From the NCBI GenBank assembly GCA_017560855.1, contig JAFZEB010000121.1:1-42721 (forward strand): a DNA stretch of 42,721 bases. The letters are read 5' to 3'. Below, in pieces: positions 9,253 to 18,600 of the stretch (within the stretch, counting starts at the first letter, position 1; each line of letters begins with the position of its first letter). The position numbers and the translations under genes were made by a program. Under the pieces are notes generated by a model, which saw nothing but the letters and a program-made list of their open reading frames with translations, had not been told where the DNA came from and made no database searches. The stretch comes from Ruminiclostridium sp. Its GTDB lineage: Bacteria; Bacillota; Clostridia; Oscillospirales; Oscillospiraceae.

Positions 9253-10085
9253 CATCCAACCAACGCAAAATACACCAGGACCACAATGCCCAGCGCGATA
9301 CGGTACCAGCCAAAGACCTTGAAGTCATTCTTTTTGATGTAGCCCATGAGGAACTTGATAACCAGGACGGACACCAGGAAGGCCACCAGGGAACCGATCA
9401 CCAGAGTCATAAGCTCCGGCCCGGTGAACACAAAGCCGAACTTCAAAAGCTTCAGCAGGCTCAGGCCGAACATGACCGGCACCGCCAGGAAGAAGGTGAA
9501 CTCAGCCGCCGCCACCCGGGAGACCCCGATGAGCAGAGCGCCCACGATGGTAGCGCCGGAACGGGAGGTGCCGGGAATGATGGACAGGACCTGGAAGAGG
9601 CCGATGAGGAAGGCTGTCCGGTAGGTGATGTCCTCCAGAGTGGCCACTTTGGGGACGCGTCCCTTGTTCCAGTTTTCAATGAAGATAAAGGCGATGCCCA
9701 CCAGGATGAGCATGGCCGCAATGACCACCGGGGTGTGGAGGTGGGCTTCGATCCAGTCGTCAAAGAGGATGGTCACCACCGCACCGGGGATACAGGCCAC
9801 CACCACCTTCAGCCACAGGTCGATGGTGTCCATCCTTACCAGGGGTTTGGTTTTGTCCTTCCACTGGAAGGGCCACATCTTCCCCCAGAAGAGCAGGACC
9901 ACCGCCAGGATGGCCCCCAGCTGGATGACCACAAAGAACATATCCTTAAAGTCCTGGCTGACGTTCATGCGGATGAACTCATCCACCAGGATCATGTGTC
10001 CCGTGCTGCTGATGGGCAGCCACTCGGTGATGCCCTCCACAATGCCCAGGAATATCACTTTCAGAATTTCCGCAAAATCAAGCAC
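9252..10085 (-). CDS. uppP: Undecaprenyl-diphosphate phosphatase (BacA)
   Basis: [17 protein letters not shown] and [10 protein letters not shown] signature motifs; multiple TM segments. Confidence 0.95.
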   Translation of the reverse strand: MLDFAEILKVIFLGIVEGITEWLPISSTGHMILVDEFIRMNVSQDFKDMFFVVIQLGAILAVVLLFWGKMWPFQWKDKTKPLVRMDTIDLWLKVVVACIPGAVVTILFDDWIEAHLHTPVVIAAMLILVGIAFIFIENWNKGRVPKVATLEDITYRTAFLIGLFQVLSIIPGTSRSGATIVGALLIGVSRVAAAEFTFFLAVPVMFGLSLLKLLKFGFVFTGPELMTLVIGSLVAFLVSVLVIKFLMGYIKKNDFKVFGWYRIALGIVVLVYFALVG

Positions 10086-10104
10086 GGCTTATCTCCTTTC
10101 AGCG

Positions 10105-10297
10105 TGTCAAAAAATCTCGCAGAGTTTCGCCGTCGCAACGGCGAAATCCAACCAAGTACGTTTTCTGGCGCGACCTGTGCGTGCCAGAAAACACTTCTCA
10201 GCCTGCAAACGTGGAAATTGCGTGCCACAGGCGCACAATTTATGCGATGCAGCAGGCTGCGATCCCCTATGTCGGAAAAGGCTTACCTTTTTCGACA
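10105..10297 (+). repeat. Four-hairpin intergenic repeat, copy B, with imperfect terminal inverted repeats
   Basis: Aligns with copies A and C; ends TGTCAAAAAA (10105) and TTTTTCGACA (10297) are 9/10 complementary. Confidence 0.75.
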
Positions 10298-10337
10298 GTC
10301 TAAAAGAGGATGCGACCCACAGGTCACATCCTCTTCT

Positions 10338-10874
10338 TCACTTGCTTTCAAACGCCCTGCCCTGGATCAGACCCAGCAGCTGACCGGCCAGCCGCTTGGT
10401 ATCACAGTCGGGCTTGCCGCACTGCTCCATCAGGACCCCGGCAATACCGTGGGCATAAAACTGGATGGCCACCACGGTGTCATCGTAGTTAAAGGTCATC
10501 CCCGGCGCATTCTTGGCAACCAGCTCCAGGACATAGTCTCGAAGGGTATTGGCAAAGATCCGCTCGATGTACTCCCGCTTCTGGGACTTCATCAGGCTAT
10601 CCATGATCTCCCAATTATCCCGGGCGGCTTCCACCACCTTTTCCATCACCAGCTCAGGGGTGCGGATCTCCAGGGTCATCTCCACCGCCCGCTGGATGCC
10701 GCGCCGGGCGGACCACTCCACCACATCCAGAATATCCTGGAAATGATAGTAGAAGGTCTGCCGGGAAATGTGGCAGTTCTCCACCAGATCCTTGACGGTG
10801 ATTTTATCCACGCCCTTCTCCTTCACCATGGCAAAAAAGGTTTCGGCAATGACGTTTTTCATATTGGTCGACAT
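10338..10874 (-). CDS. TetR/AcrR family transcriptional regulator
   Basis: KITVKDLVENCHISRQTFYYHFQDI HTH. Confidence 0.9.
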   Translation of the reverse strand: MSTNMKNVIAETFFAMVKEKGVDKITVKDLVENCHISRQTFYYHFQDILDVVEWSARRGIQRAVEMTLEIRTPELVMEKVVEAARDNWEIMDSLMKSQKREYIERIFANTLRDYVLELVAKNAPGMTFNYDDTVVAIQFYAHGIAGVLMEQCGKPDCDTKRLAGQLLGLIQGRAFESK

Positions 10875-11003
10875 ACTATATCCCTTCCAATGTACAAAAT
10901 CGTAGTCTTTTTATTTTAGCACAGAAATGTCAAAAAAGGATGAAATTTCTGCAAACATATTCCGGCAAAAACAAAAGCCCCAAGCCAAGAGACTCAGAGC
11001 TTT

Positions 11004-11026
11004 TGGTGCGGATAACGGGACTTGAA
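11004..11026 (-). repeat. att core, tRNA-distal copy (duplicated tRNA-Leu 3' end)
   Basis: Identical to 30255-30277; on the minus strand it is followed by a hairpin/T tract (10973-11003), the likely original tRNA terminator. Confidence 0.92.
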
Positions 11027-11123
11027 TGGGTTGGATTGCTTTTCACATCCTCTCATAAACTCCAAAAAAGCTTGATATTATTGACTTTTTTAGTGTTACC
11101 CTTTTGCAACCTTTCACAACTTG

Positions 11124-11164
11124 TAGCGGACAAAAACGCAAATAGCGGACAAATAGCGGACAAA
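11124..11164 (+). repeat. Integrase arm-type site candidates (TAGCGGACAAA x3)
   Basis: Copies at 11124, 11143 and 11154; the same motif occurs twice at 30165-30186 near the other att. Confidence 0.75.
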
Positions 11165-11277
11165 TTTTGAGCCTTTTCGAGCGGGAATCGTTTTGCTGCG
11201 CTACAAAATTTATATCGCCGAAGCTGCCGGTAACGACCACACAGATCTTTATTCCTTCGCTCACTTTTTTGTTCACT

Positions 11278-12129
11278 CTAGTACATGGCTTCAACAGGCG
11301 CATACTTTGTATCATTGACTGACTCGTACCCAATGTCCTCATCCTGAATGAGCCAGTATCCTAACACCGCCGGAGTCGTCATGTAGTATATCGTTGGATT
11401 GCAATTCTCGTAGTTCCGAATAGCTCGGTCCACGGCCCTTATCACATACTGATCGCCGACCATCGTTTCATCTGAACACTCCAAAAGTTTCTGCGCAAAC
11501 ACCATCCGCTTGGCCTTATTCTCCTCGGGGTGATCTACACCCACAAAAAAAGGATAGGCTTGATCGATATACCAGTCCACGACAGAAAGCATTTCTGATG
11601 CTCGGTCATGGCCATATTCCCGAGTCACCTCTTGGAAAATGCTCTCTCGAGCTTCCCTTTTGCATCTTTCCTCAGTGTGCAGCTCAGCTAGCTGAGCCTT
11701 TGTTACTTTCTCTTCGTTAGTCTTTGAGTTAGTCTCTGGTATAGCTCGGGTCACATTGACCTCTTCCATCGGGTCAAATTGACCTGATGGCGCATATGTT
11801 CCAAGCTTCTCATAATCGATACGATACCACTTTGTCCGGTCCATCTTGGCCTTGTTGTAATTCCCGCTCACCAACAAACCGGACTTTTCCAAGCCAGTAA
11901 AGATGCGCTTTACGGTACTTTCGGACCACCAGGGAAACTGCTCGGTCCATCCAGAGTAGGAGTTATAAACCCAGACGTAACCATCTCTGATGTTCCGCCG
12001 GTCTTTCCTGTTCTTCTCCAGCCAGTAATGTACTTGCTGCAGCACTATGGCCTCATTCAACCCAACCGCTTCTGCAAGTGTCGGCAGTACAAGTATTGGA
12101 GGCTCATCGAAAAGAAGCCTGCTATACAC
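11278..12129 (-). CDS. Phage-type replication initiator / replisome organiser (winged-helix N-terminus)
   Basis: LLFDEPPILVLPTLAEAVGLNEAIVLQQVHYWL...WVYNSY..W..QFPWWSESTVKR...DRTKWYRIDY; internal palindromes GGTCA(C/A)ATTGACC at 11749 and 11772. Confidence 0.75.
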   Translation of the reverse strand: MYSRLLFDEPPILVLPTLAEAVGLNEAIVLQQVHYWLEKNRKDRRNIRDGYVWVYNSYSGWTEQFPWWSESTVKRIFTGLEKSGLLVSGNYNKAKMDRTKWYRIDYEKLGTYAPSGQFDPMEEVNVTRAIPETNSKTNEEKVTKAQLAELHTEERCKREARESIFQEVTREYGHDRASEMLSVVDWYIDQAYPFFVGVDHPEENKAKRMVFAQKLLECSDETMVGDQYVIRAVDRAIRNYENCNPTIYYMTTPAVLGYWLIQDEDIGYESVNDTKYAPVEAMY

Positions 12130-12156
12130 CTTTGCACCTCCTGTTCGGCAACTCCC

Positions 12157-12408
12157 TTACTCATCAACAGCCTCAACCCGCCCTGTTCCGCGTATCTCGT
12201 TGCCGTAGTCGCAATGTGGACAATTTTTCCGATACGTCAGCAACCCGTCAGGGCCACTGATCATACGAACCAAGCGCTTTGGATCTGGCATCTTCTCCAC
12301 CTGATAAAACGGACTACTCATATGACTTCTTGCGGGTTCAAAATACTCCCACTCAAATAACTTTCCACATCTTTTACACCGGTGAGTTCCTGCATCAACT
12401 ACGGGCAT
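12157..12408 (-). CDS. Small zinc-ribbon protein (CxxC...CxxC)
   Basis: CKRC and CPHC motifs; ATG overlaps the upstream stop (TGATG). Confidence 0.6.
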   Translation of the reverse strand: MPVVDAGTHRCKRCGKLFEWEYFEPARSHMSSPFYQVEKMPDPKRLVRMISGPDGLLTYRKNCPHCDYGNEIRGTGRVEAVDE

Positions 12409-12596
12409 CAAATCTCCTCCTTATCCCGCTCGATCTGGTTGTTGATCGCCCGGTTGATGAATGCGTTCACGGATTCGCCACGGCTGGAGGCGTGGGCCTG
12501 TACGTTTTCCTTTTCTCCTTTGGGGACTCTAATCTTTATCTCATCATAAGTCTTTGCGTTCCATTTATCTTTGACTGCGCTCGAAGTTCTTCCCAT
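12408..12596 (-). CDS. Ribbon-helix-helix (Arc-like) DNA-binding protein
   Basis: YDEIKIRVPKGEKENVQAHASSRGESVNAFINRAI; RBS GAGGTG. Confidence 0.8.
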   Translation of the reverse strand: MGRTSSAVKDKWNAKTYDEIKIRVPKGEKENVQAHASSRGESVNAFINRAINNQIERDKEEI

Positions 12597-12645
12597 AGTG
12601 TTCACCTCACCCATAATGTTTTGCCCATAGTATACCACATTCTAT

Positions 12646-12735
12646 ATACTGGGTACAGTATGCAAGTTCCACAAAACATACTGGGTACATTTATCCATTA
12701 CGCCGATTTACATACTGGGTACAGTATGCTATGAT
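12646..12735. promoter_or_regulatory. Divergent promoter region with three palindromic operators ATACTG-GGTA-CAGTAT
   Basis: Copies at 12646-12661, 12678-12689 (partial) and 12712-12727; the last sits in the spacer of TTTACA(12707)-17-TATGAT(12730). Confidence 0.7.
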
Positions 12736-12856
12736 AACACCATAGAGAGGGACGGCAACTCGCAGACAAAACCCGGCAACCCGTGACACCGATATGTGCA
12801 GGAGATAAAGGCACGAACAACGGGCACTCCACCAACAAACTACAGGAGGTACAGCA

Positions 12857-13057
12857 ATGAATAGCAACATAATCCCCATCCAGGCAAACCGTCGCCACGA
12901 CGACCAGGACGTTTTCCTCAGGGCTTGCAACAGCCCCGCACAACAGGCCAGACGGGAACGACGCCGCAAGGCCCAGCAGAGAAAGACTCAGCTGACCACC
13001 GCGGCCCTGCACACCGCATTGATCGTCCTGGGCATGATCCTGGGCGCACTGATCTGA
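12857..13057 (+). CDS. Small hypothetical protein, basic with a C-terminal TM helix
   Basis: RBS AGGAGG; ends in hydrophobic LHTALIVLGMILGALI. Confidence 0.65.
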   Translation: MNSNIIPIQANRRHDDQDVFLRACNSPAQQARRERRRKAQQRKTQLTTAALHTALIVLGMILGALI

Positions 13058-13071
13058 AGGAGGTACACACC

Positions 13072-13341
13072 ATGAGCAACACTGAACTGACCGCCATGAT
13101 CCGAGAGCTGAGAGAATTGGAAGCTCTAATCGCAGAGGCCCAGGCAGAAGCGGAATCCATCAAGGATAGCCTGAAGGCCCACATGGGTGACCAGGAAGAA
13201 CTGAGAGCAGGAGAGTACAAGGTTACCTGGAAGCCTGTCACCTCTTCCCGTCTGGATGGCAAGGCTCTCAGAGCCACCTTCCCAGAGGTCGCCGCTATGT
13301 TCACCAAGCAGACCACCACCCGCCGCTTTGTGGTGGCATGA
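13072..13341 (+). CDS. Small coiled-coil protein resembling the C-terminal region of YqaJ-like phage exonucleases
   Basis: RBS AAGGAGG; coiled coil, then YKVTWKPVTSSRLDGKALRATFPEV...TRRFVV. Confidence 0.6.
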   Translation: MSNTELTAMIRELRELEALIAEAQAEAESIKDSLKAHMGDQEELRAGEYKVTWKPVTSSRLDGKALRATFPEVAAMFTKQTTTRRFVVA

Positions 13342-13459
13342 AAAAGGCCCCATATCCAACACGCCGACCAAAGCCTTTGGATATGAAGCCCGAACCACCC
13401 CGAGGGGGTCAAGGTCATTGTACCACGGCCCCCTCCAAGAAATCAAGGAGGAAATCCCA

Positions 13460-13636
13460 ATGACCGACAAACCCAACATCCAGAGAATCACCGAGCGGAT
13501 CAACCGCTGCGAAAATCCCAGGCGCACTCTTGCCGCTCTCTGCGCCATCCTGGCCATCACCCAAAACCGCAATGAACTCACCCCGAATGCTATACGCGAC
13601 ATTCTTGAAAGCCAGCACACGAACGAGACAGCATGA
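13460..13636 (+). CDS. Small hypothetical protein (58 aa)
   Basis: RBS AAGGAGG; followed by a hairpin GAGGCTC..GAGCCTC and T tract. Confidence 0.55.
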   Translation: MTDKPNIQRITERINRCENPRRTLAALCAILAITQNRNELTPNAIRDILESQHTNETA

Positions 13637-14202
13637 AACAAAACATAGAAGAGGCTCTAGGATAACCCCGGAGCCTCTTTTCTCGCACATTCGTTCTAAT
13701 ACACCCTCTCCGAGCCTCCTGGTGACCCTCTGAGGTCGTTTCGGTGACAGAGCAGTATCCGATGTAGGGCAAAGCTAAAGCGACCCCAGAAGCGAACAGG
13801 CGTTCTATTGTTACCAAGCAGAAAAAGGCCGAAGGACCCGCTCTCTTCCAGAAACCAGGCGGCTGGTACTGACTTCACGGATGAGAGGGGTCCTTCTTGT
13901 GGCACTAACTGATGCACTCCTATCATATCACAGCTTGCAGCGGAATACGCCCCCCACGCAAAAAAAGAATCCCGATCCGGGTCCATCGTTCCCACGCGCG
14001 CGCGAAAGGGGCTGGCAAGTCCGAGTGCTGTCCTCTCTTTGTTCCATATTCTCCCATAACACACAAAACATCACTCAGCCCAGTCTCTCAGTGTCCTTTT
14101 TGTTTTTATCTTGCTCAACAATGCAGAAATAGTCTTGCAATGGTTACCGCAATGTACTAAAATAATTTTATACCTTACAGCGAATATCCGCAATTTTCGC
14201 CA

Positions 14203-14231
14203 TTGCTAATATCATCTTTGTGTAATATAAT
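14203..14231 (+). promoter_or_regulatory. Promoter of the toxin-antitoxin-like operon
   Basis: TTGCTA-17-TATAAT, 17 nt upstream of ATG 14249. Confidence 0.6.
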
Positions 14232-14248
14232 AATTTCTGGAGAATACT

Positions 14249-14662
14249 ATGAATCGAGACGATATCCTAGCTTTCTTATCCGCTCTGTTCGGAAACTTTT
14301 TAGTTCACGAAAGTCTCGCACAAGAAATCACAGCAATCATCGAGAGATCCGGCTTTGAAAAAAAGTTCTTCAATCTCCTGCTGGTTCGTCTTAGGTTTCT
14401 TGGTGAGCACGGCGTGAACGCCATCCGTCATCAAGAATTTGAATCGCTTGCCCATACCGCCGAAGGGTTATACAGTATGCATTTAAGCGGCAAAGGCTTT
14501 AACGTTCGAATTCTGTATGCCTTCCTGCCAGCCGGATCCCCTGTGCTTCTACTGGCTTTTCATGAGCGGTCAGGAAAAAAAGTCTCCGAATACCAAACTC
14601 ACATCCCCATTGCAACACAACGTCTTAACACTATTTTGGAGGCGCACGATCATGGAGAATAA
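14249..14662 (+). CDS. RelE/HigB (Gp49-like) type II toxin
   Basis: GLYSMHL..NVRILYAF...VLLLAFHER.......IPIATQR pattern; lies upstream of and overlaps an XRE antitoxin (HigBA order). Confidence 0.72.
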   Translation: MNRDDILAFLSALFGNFLVHESLAQEITAIIERSGFEKKFFNLLLVRLRFLGEHGVNAIRHQEFESLAHTAEGLYSMHLSGKGFNVRILYAFLPAGSPVLLLAFHERSGKKVSEYQTHIPIATQRLNTILEAHDHGE

Positions 14663-15047
14663 CATTTTGGAACTGCTCTCCACTTTGTCTGACGGCTTTT
14701 CCGCAGAGGATCTCCGCTTTGCCGACATTGCGTCTGATTTGGCTTCCCAGATCACTACCCGTCGAATTGAACTCGGACTTACCCAAACTGCCCTTGCCGA
14801 GAAACTCGGACGATCCCAGGCAACTATTTCAAAGTGGGAAAATGCAGACTGTAATTTCCAAATCAAAACTCTGATTGAGATCTCCCAGCAGTTGGAATTA
14901 CCTTTGACGATCTCTTTCAAAAACCCCCAGCCAAAAACAGAGGCCTATTATATTTCGCCGACTCCTGCCGCCGATGCCGCCAGGATTTGCAAATATATCA
15001 GTGCCTCTTCCCCCGGTTCCAGTTGGTTCGCCAGTAGCAAAGCATGA
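14652..15047 (+). CDS. HigA-like XRE HTH antitoxin with C-terminal extension
   Basis: RRIELGLTQTALAEKLGRSQATISKWENADCNFQIKTLIEI, then a ~40 aa low-complexity tail; ATG 14652 follows GGAGG. Confidence 0.8.
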   Translation: MENNILELLSTLSDGFSAEDLRFADIASDLASQITTRRIELGLTQTALAEKLGRSQATISKWENADCNFQIKTLIEISQQLELPLTISFKNPQPKTEAYYISPTPAADAARICKYISASSPGSSWFASSKA

Positions 15048-15074
15048 CTGACCGGTATTCTAGGAGGTAACTAA

Positions 15075-15314
15075 ATGCAAGCTTATACCAATCGTTTTAA
15101 CGTCGCCATGAACTTTGATGGCTCTGAAGTTATGATCAACTTTTTCCAAAGTGTCCCTCAGGTTCCCGAAGATGCCGCAAATGCCGTTGTTGCTGAAATG
15201 CCCACCGAAAATATCCCTGTGGCCAATTTAGTGATGACTGGCCAGAGCGCCCACAATCTTCTCGCCGCACTCCAGGGAATCCTGAACGCCCCCCACGAAA
15301 ACATCGAAGAATAA
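15075..15314 (+). CDS. Small DUF3467-like protein, third gene of the TA operon
   Basis: RBS AGGAGG; YTNRFNV...EVMINFFQ..P...VANLVMT...AHNLLAAL matches the DUF3467 pattern by eye. Confidence 0.6.
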   Translation: MQAYTNRFNVAMNFDGSEVMINFFQSVPQVPEDAANAVVAEMPTENIPVANLVMTGQSAHNLLAALQGILNAPHENIEE

Positions 15315-15355
15315 TAAACTCCCCGTTTACTGTGCCCATCCATCAGAAACGGTGT

Positions 15356-15387
15356 AGAGGCAGAGGAATAACCCCTCTGCCTCTTTA
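15356..15387 (+). terminator. Terminator after the three-gene TA operon
   Basis: AGAGGCAGAGG-AATAACC-CCTCTGCCTCTTT. Confidence 0.7.
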
Positions 15388-15573
15388 TCTATTGGAACAC
15401 TCCCTCCTACCTTCCTCATGCACACAAAAGCATCCCAAAATGCTATATTCTCACCTGATTTGCGAATCGACCTCTCAATTTATGTTACTTTTTGAGAAAT
15501 CGTTCACTGATTTGCATGAAGATAACTCAAATTTTCACTCATTTGCAAATTCATTTCACTTACACGAGCATAA

Positions 15574-15602
15574 AAAAGAGGACCGGGAAACCGGTCCTCT
15601 TT
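15574..15602 (-). terminator. Terminator immediately after the giant gene
   Basis: AAAAGAGGACCGG-GAAA-CCGGTCCTCTTT, with A/T tracts on both sides. Confidence 0.75.
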
Positions 15603-15605
15603 GCT

Positions 15606-18600
15606 TTACCCGTTCTTGGCGTAAGCCCAGGGGTTGTTCTTGTCGCTGGTGTAGAAGCGATGGAACAGCAGGTAGCACTGATGGGCGGTGTACTCGCCAC
15701 TGTTGTAGTGGGTGTAGATTTCCGCTTTGATTTTGTCCTGCTTACCCTTGCCGCTGATCTGCTTGCCTTTGGAGTCGTACTCCGTAGTGAAGGAACCGAG
15801 GGTCTCCAGGATGCCTTCTACTTCCTCCCGCTTCTCTTCAGGGAAGTCGGCATAGAAGCTGGGGGCATTCTTCTCGGCTTCAATCTTAGCGGCAATATCA
15901 GTCAGGGCATCCTCGCTCATGCTGCGGAGTTTTCCACTGATCTCCAAAGCACCATACACAGCGGTCTGCTGTTCGTCGGTGTAGCTGTCCAAGAGGCCGG
16001 ACTCCCTTACAGTCAGCAGCTTCTTGTAGGCGGCAGAGTCAGAGATCTCCTCGCCGTCCACGTTCTTGTCGCTCTTGATGACACTGGTCATGCCGTAGAG
16101 GGTGAAGAACGTGCCAGGATCGACCTGGTGGTTCTCCTCCAGGCTCTTGGCCTTGACCATAGCAGATTCATCCATCACGAACTTGCCACCGGAGACATCC
16201 TCCAGTGCCGTCTGGGCGGCATACTTCCACAGCTGGCTGATGACCTTGTCCTTCGCCTTGTCGTCCATCTCGCCCCAGACAGGGCTGTTGGTGACAGCAT
16301 CCTCGTACCGGCGGTAGGACTCTGCTCTCTGCTGCATGAAACGATTGTACTCCTCGGCATTCAGGTTCTTTGCGCTGAACTCCTCTTCCTTTTCTTCCTC
16401 TTCGGCGTACTCAGGCAGGATACCGATGAGATCCTCCAGGGTCTGGGTGGGCTGATACTCAGGATCCTCCTCCATCTGCTTCTCGGTGTGGGACTTCATG
16501 GCGGACTCGATGGTCTGTCCATTGACATCATCAGGGAATGCATCCATCAGGTCCTGGCTGATCTGAACAAAGGTCTCCTTGTCGCCGTCACGCCACGCCA
16601 GATAGGCAATGTCCAAGAACATGCCCTTGTTGCCGGAGTAGTTCACATCGTACAGGACCTTCGCCACGGCGTACTGACCCTTGTAGTTATCGGTAAGGTT
16701 CAGCCAGGTGTTGATGCCAGCCATCACATCTCGCTTGATGTTGGAGACAGGGGTGCCCAGGAAGCGGGACAATTCGGCGGCCAGGTTGAGCAATGCGTTA
16801 GCCGGAGTCATCTTCCCCTCGCCGTTGAGGGACTTGATGCAGTTACCCACAGCCAGGACGACATTGGAGATGGACTCCATATCCATTCGGCTGACATCGT
16901 AGCCTTCGACCAGGGAAACGACATCCTTCACGAAGGGTAGGTAACCGAAGGGGTTCAGAGCCTTGCCCATGTTGCCAGAGGCAATGGACTTGACCTTGTC
17001 CATCTTGGTCTCCTCATCACCCTCCAGGCCGACAAACGCCTGGAAGAATTTCTCCCAGTATTCCTCGTCCTTGTCGTCGTCACGGAATGCGTCCACCAGA
17101 GACTGGGCGGCAGCATTGGCAACGAAGGAGATGAACAGGGCCACAGAGGTCCGAGCCATCGTCTTTCTCGCCTTCTTGCGGAAAGCATTGTCCTGGCTCT
17201 TTCTCATGTCGTAGGCAGCCGTAGTGAACATGTTGAAGATCTTGGTAGGCTCGGCCATAAAGCTGGTGGCCATCTTAGTCACGCCATCAGGGGAGCGCAT
17301 GACCTGGGATCTCTGGAGGATACCGTCCACCACCTGAGTATGGTCCACAACTTCGTTGAACCGCTCGGCAACCTTCTTGTAGAATGCATCGCTGCCCTTC
17401 TGGAGGTCCTTGTGCTTCCGAGCGGTCTCCACCTCCAGAGCATTCCAGATGTGGCTCCAGGCCAGGGAGTCCATCGCACCAGCCGGTGCCATCAGGGCGT
17501 TGTTGACCTTTGCAATTCCGGAGTCATCACCGAAGAGGATGGACTTCATCTGTCTGCCGGTGTCAGCATCAAAGTAGCCCCAATCCTTCCACACAGCGAT
17601 GGGCGCGTACTCTTTTACCTTCTTCCATGTGTTGGGGTTTGCTTTGGTAATGCCAGCCATGAAGTCGGCCATGCTGATGCTGTCCAGCGCGCGAAGGATG
17701 GAGGTGGGCTGCTGCACGAACACGCGGAGGTTTGCGCCGATAGCAGATGCTTTATAGTTACCGATCAGAGCCTGGAAGGGGTTGTCGTTGACACCCTTCA
17801 TGCCGTTGTTCAGGTCCTCGGTCAGCTTCTTCCAGTATGCCTCGCCATTCTGGCCGTAGATGCGGTGGATCAGGCCCTTCACGGTCCCGGTAAGGTTGCC
17901 CTCATCATCCCGGAACTTGAAGTTGAAGATGCGCTGGAGGTTCTCCATCGGAGCCAGCCAGGAGCTATAGGTGGCCATGTCCGTCACATGGTCGGCGTAC
18001 ACATCGAAGATATTGCGAACCATCAGTGCGTTGTTGGCATGAGGCTTTGTACCCTTTGTGAAGCCGCGCCCTGCAATGGTGGCAGACACAGCATCCTTCG
18101 CCTGGTCAGAGATCGTCTGGTTGGAGTCTACCTTGATGGGGAAGTAGTTCTTCTCCTCGAACTTCTCGTAGCCGTAGACCTCCATGCTGGCCTCGTTGCC
18201 CAGCTGAGACAGTCGGTCACCCATGAACTTCTGGAGACCATCAGCAATCTCAATCTGCTTGGGGGTCAGGACTTCCAGGATCTCTCCCACCTTTTCAGGG
18301 GAGACACGGACGGCCTCGGACATACCCTTCTTCTTCAGGCCCTTGCTGACAGCCTCCACACGGATGCCGCCTTCCACAACGTGGTCAACAGCCTGCTGTC
18401 TCTTCATCAGCTCATACAAGGACATGATCTGAGCGGTAGTCATGGTGACCTGCTGACCTTCCACATCGAAAGTATGGGGCTCCTTCTCCAGCTTGCGGAC
18501 ATCCACATCCTTGACCACCATTTCGGTGTACTTCTGAGCCTCCTGCATGAGGCCGATGTGCTTGTCCTGGGCATTGCGGAGCATTCGGAAGATGCTCTCG

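Noticed and set aside
11124-11164. CRISPR-like array from short repeats (also 12646-12728 and 27325-27420)
   Set aside because: Repeats are 11-18 bp without unique 30-40 bp spacers and there are no cas genes; better explained as arm sites, operators and iterons.
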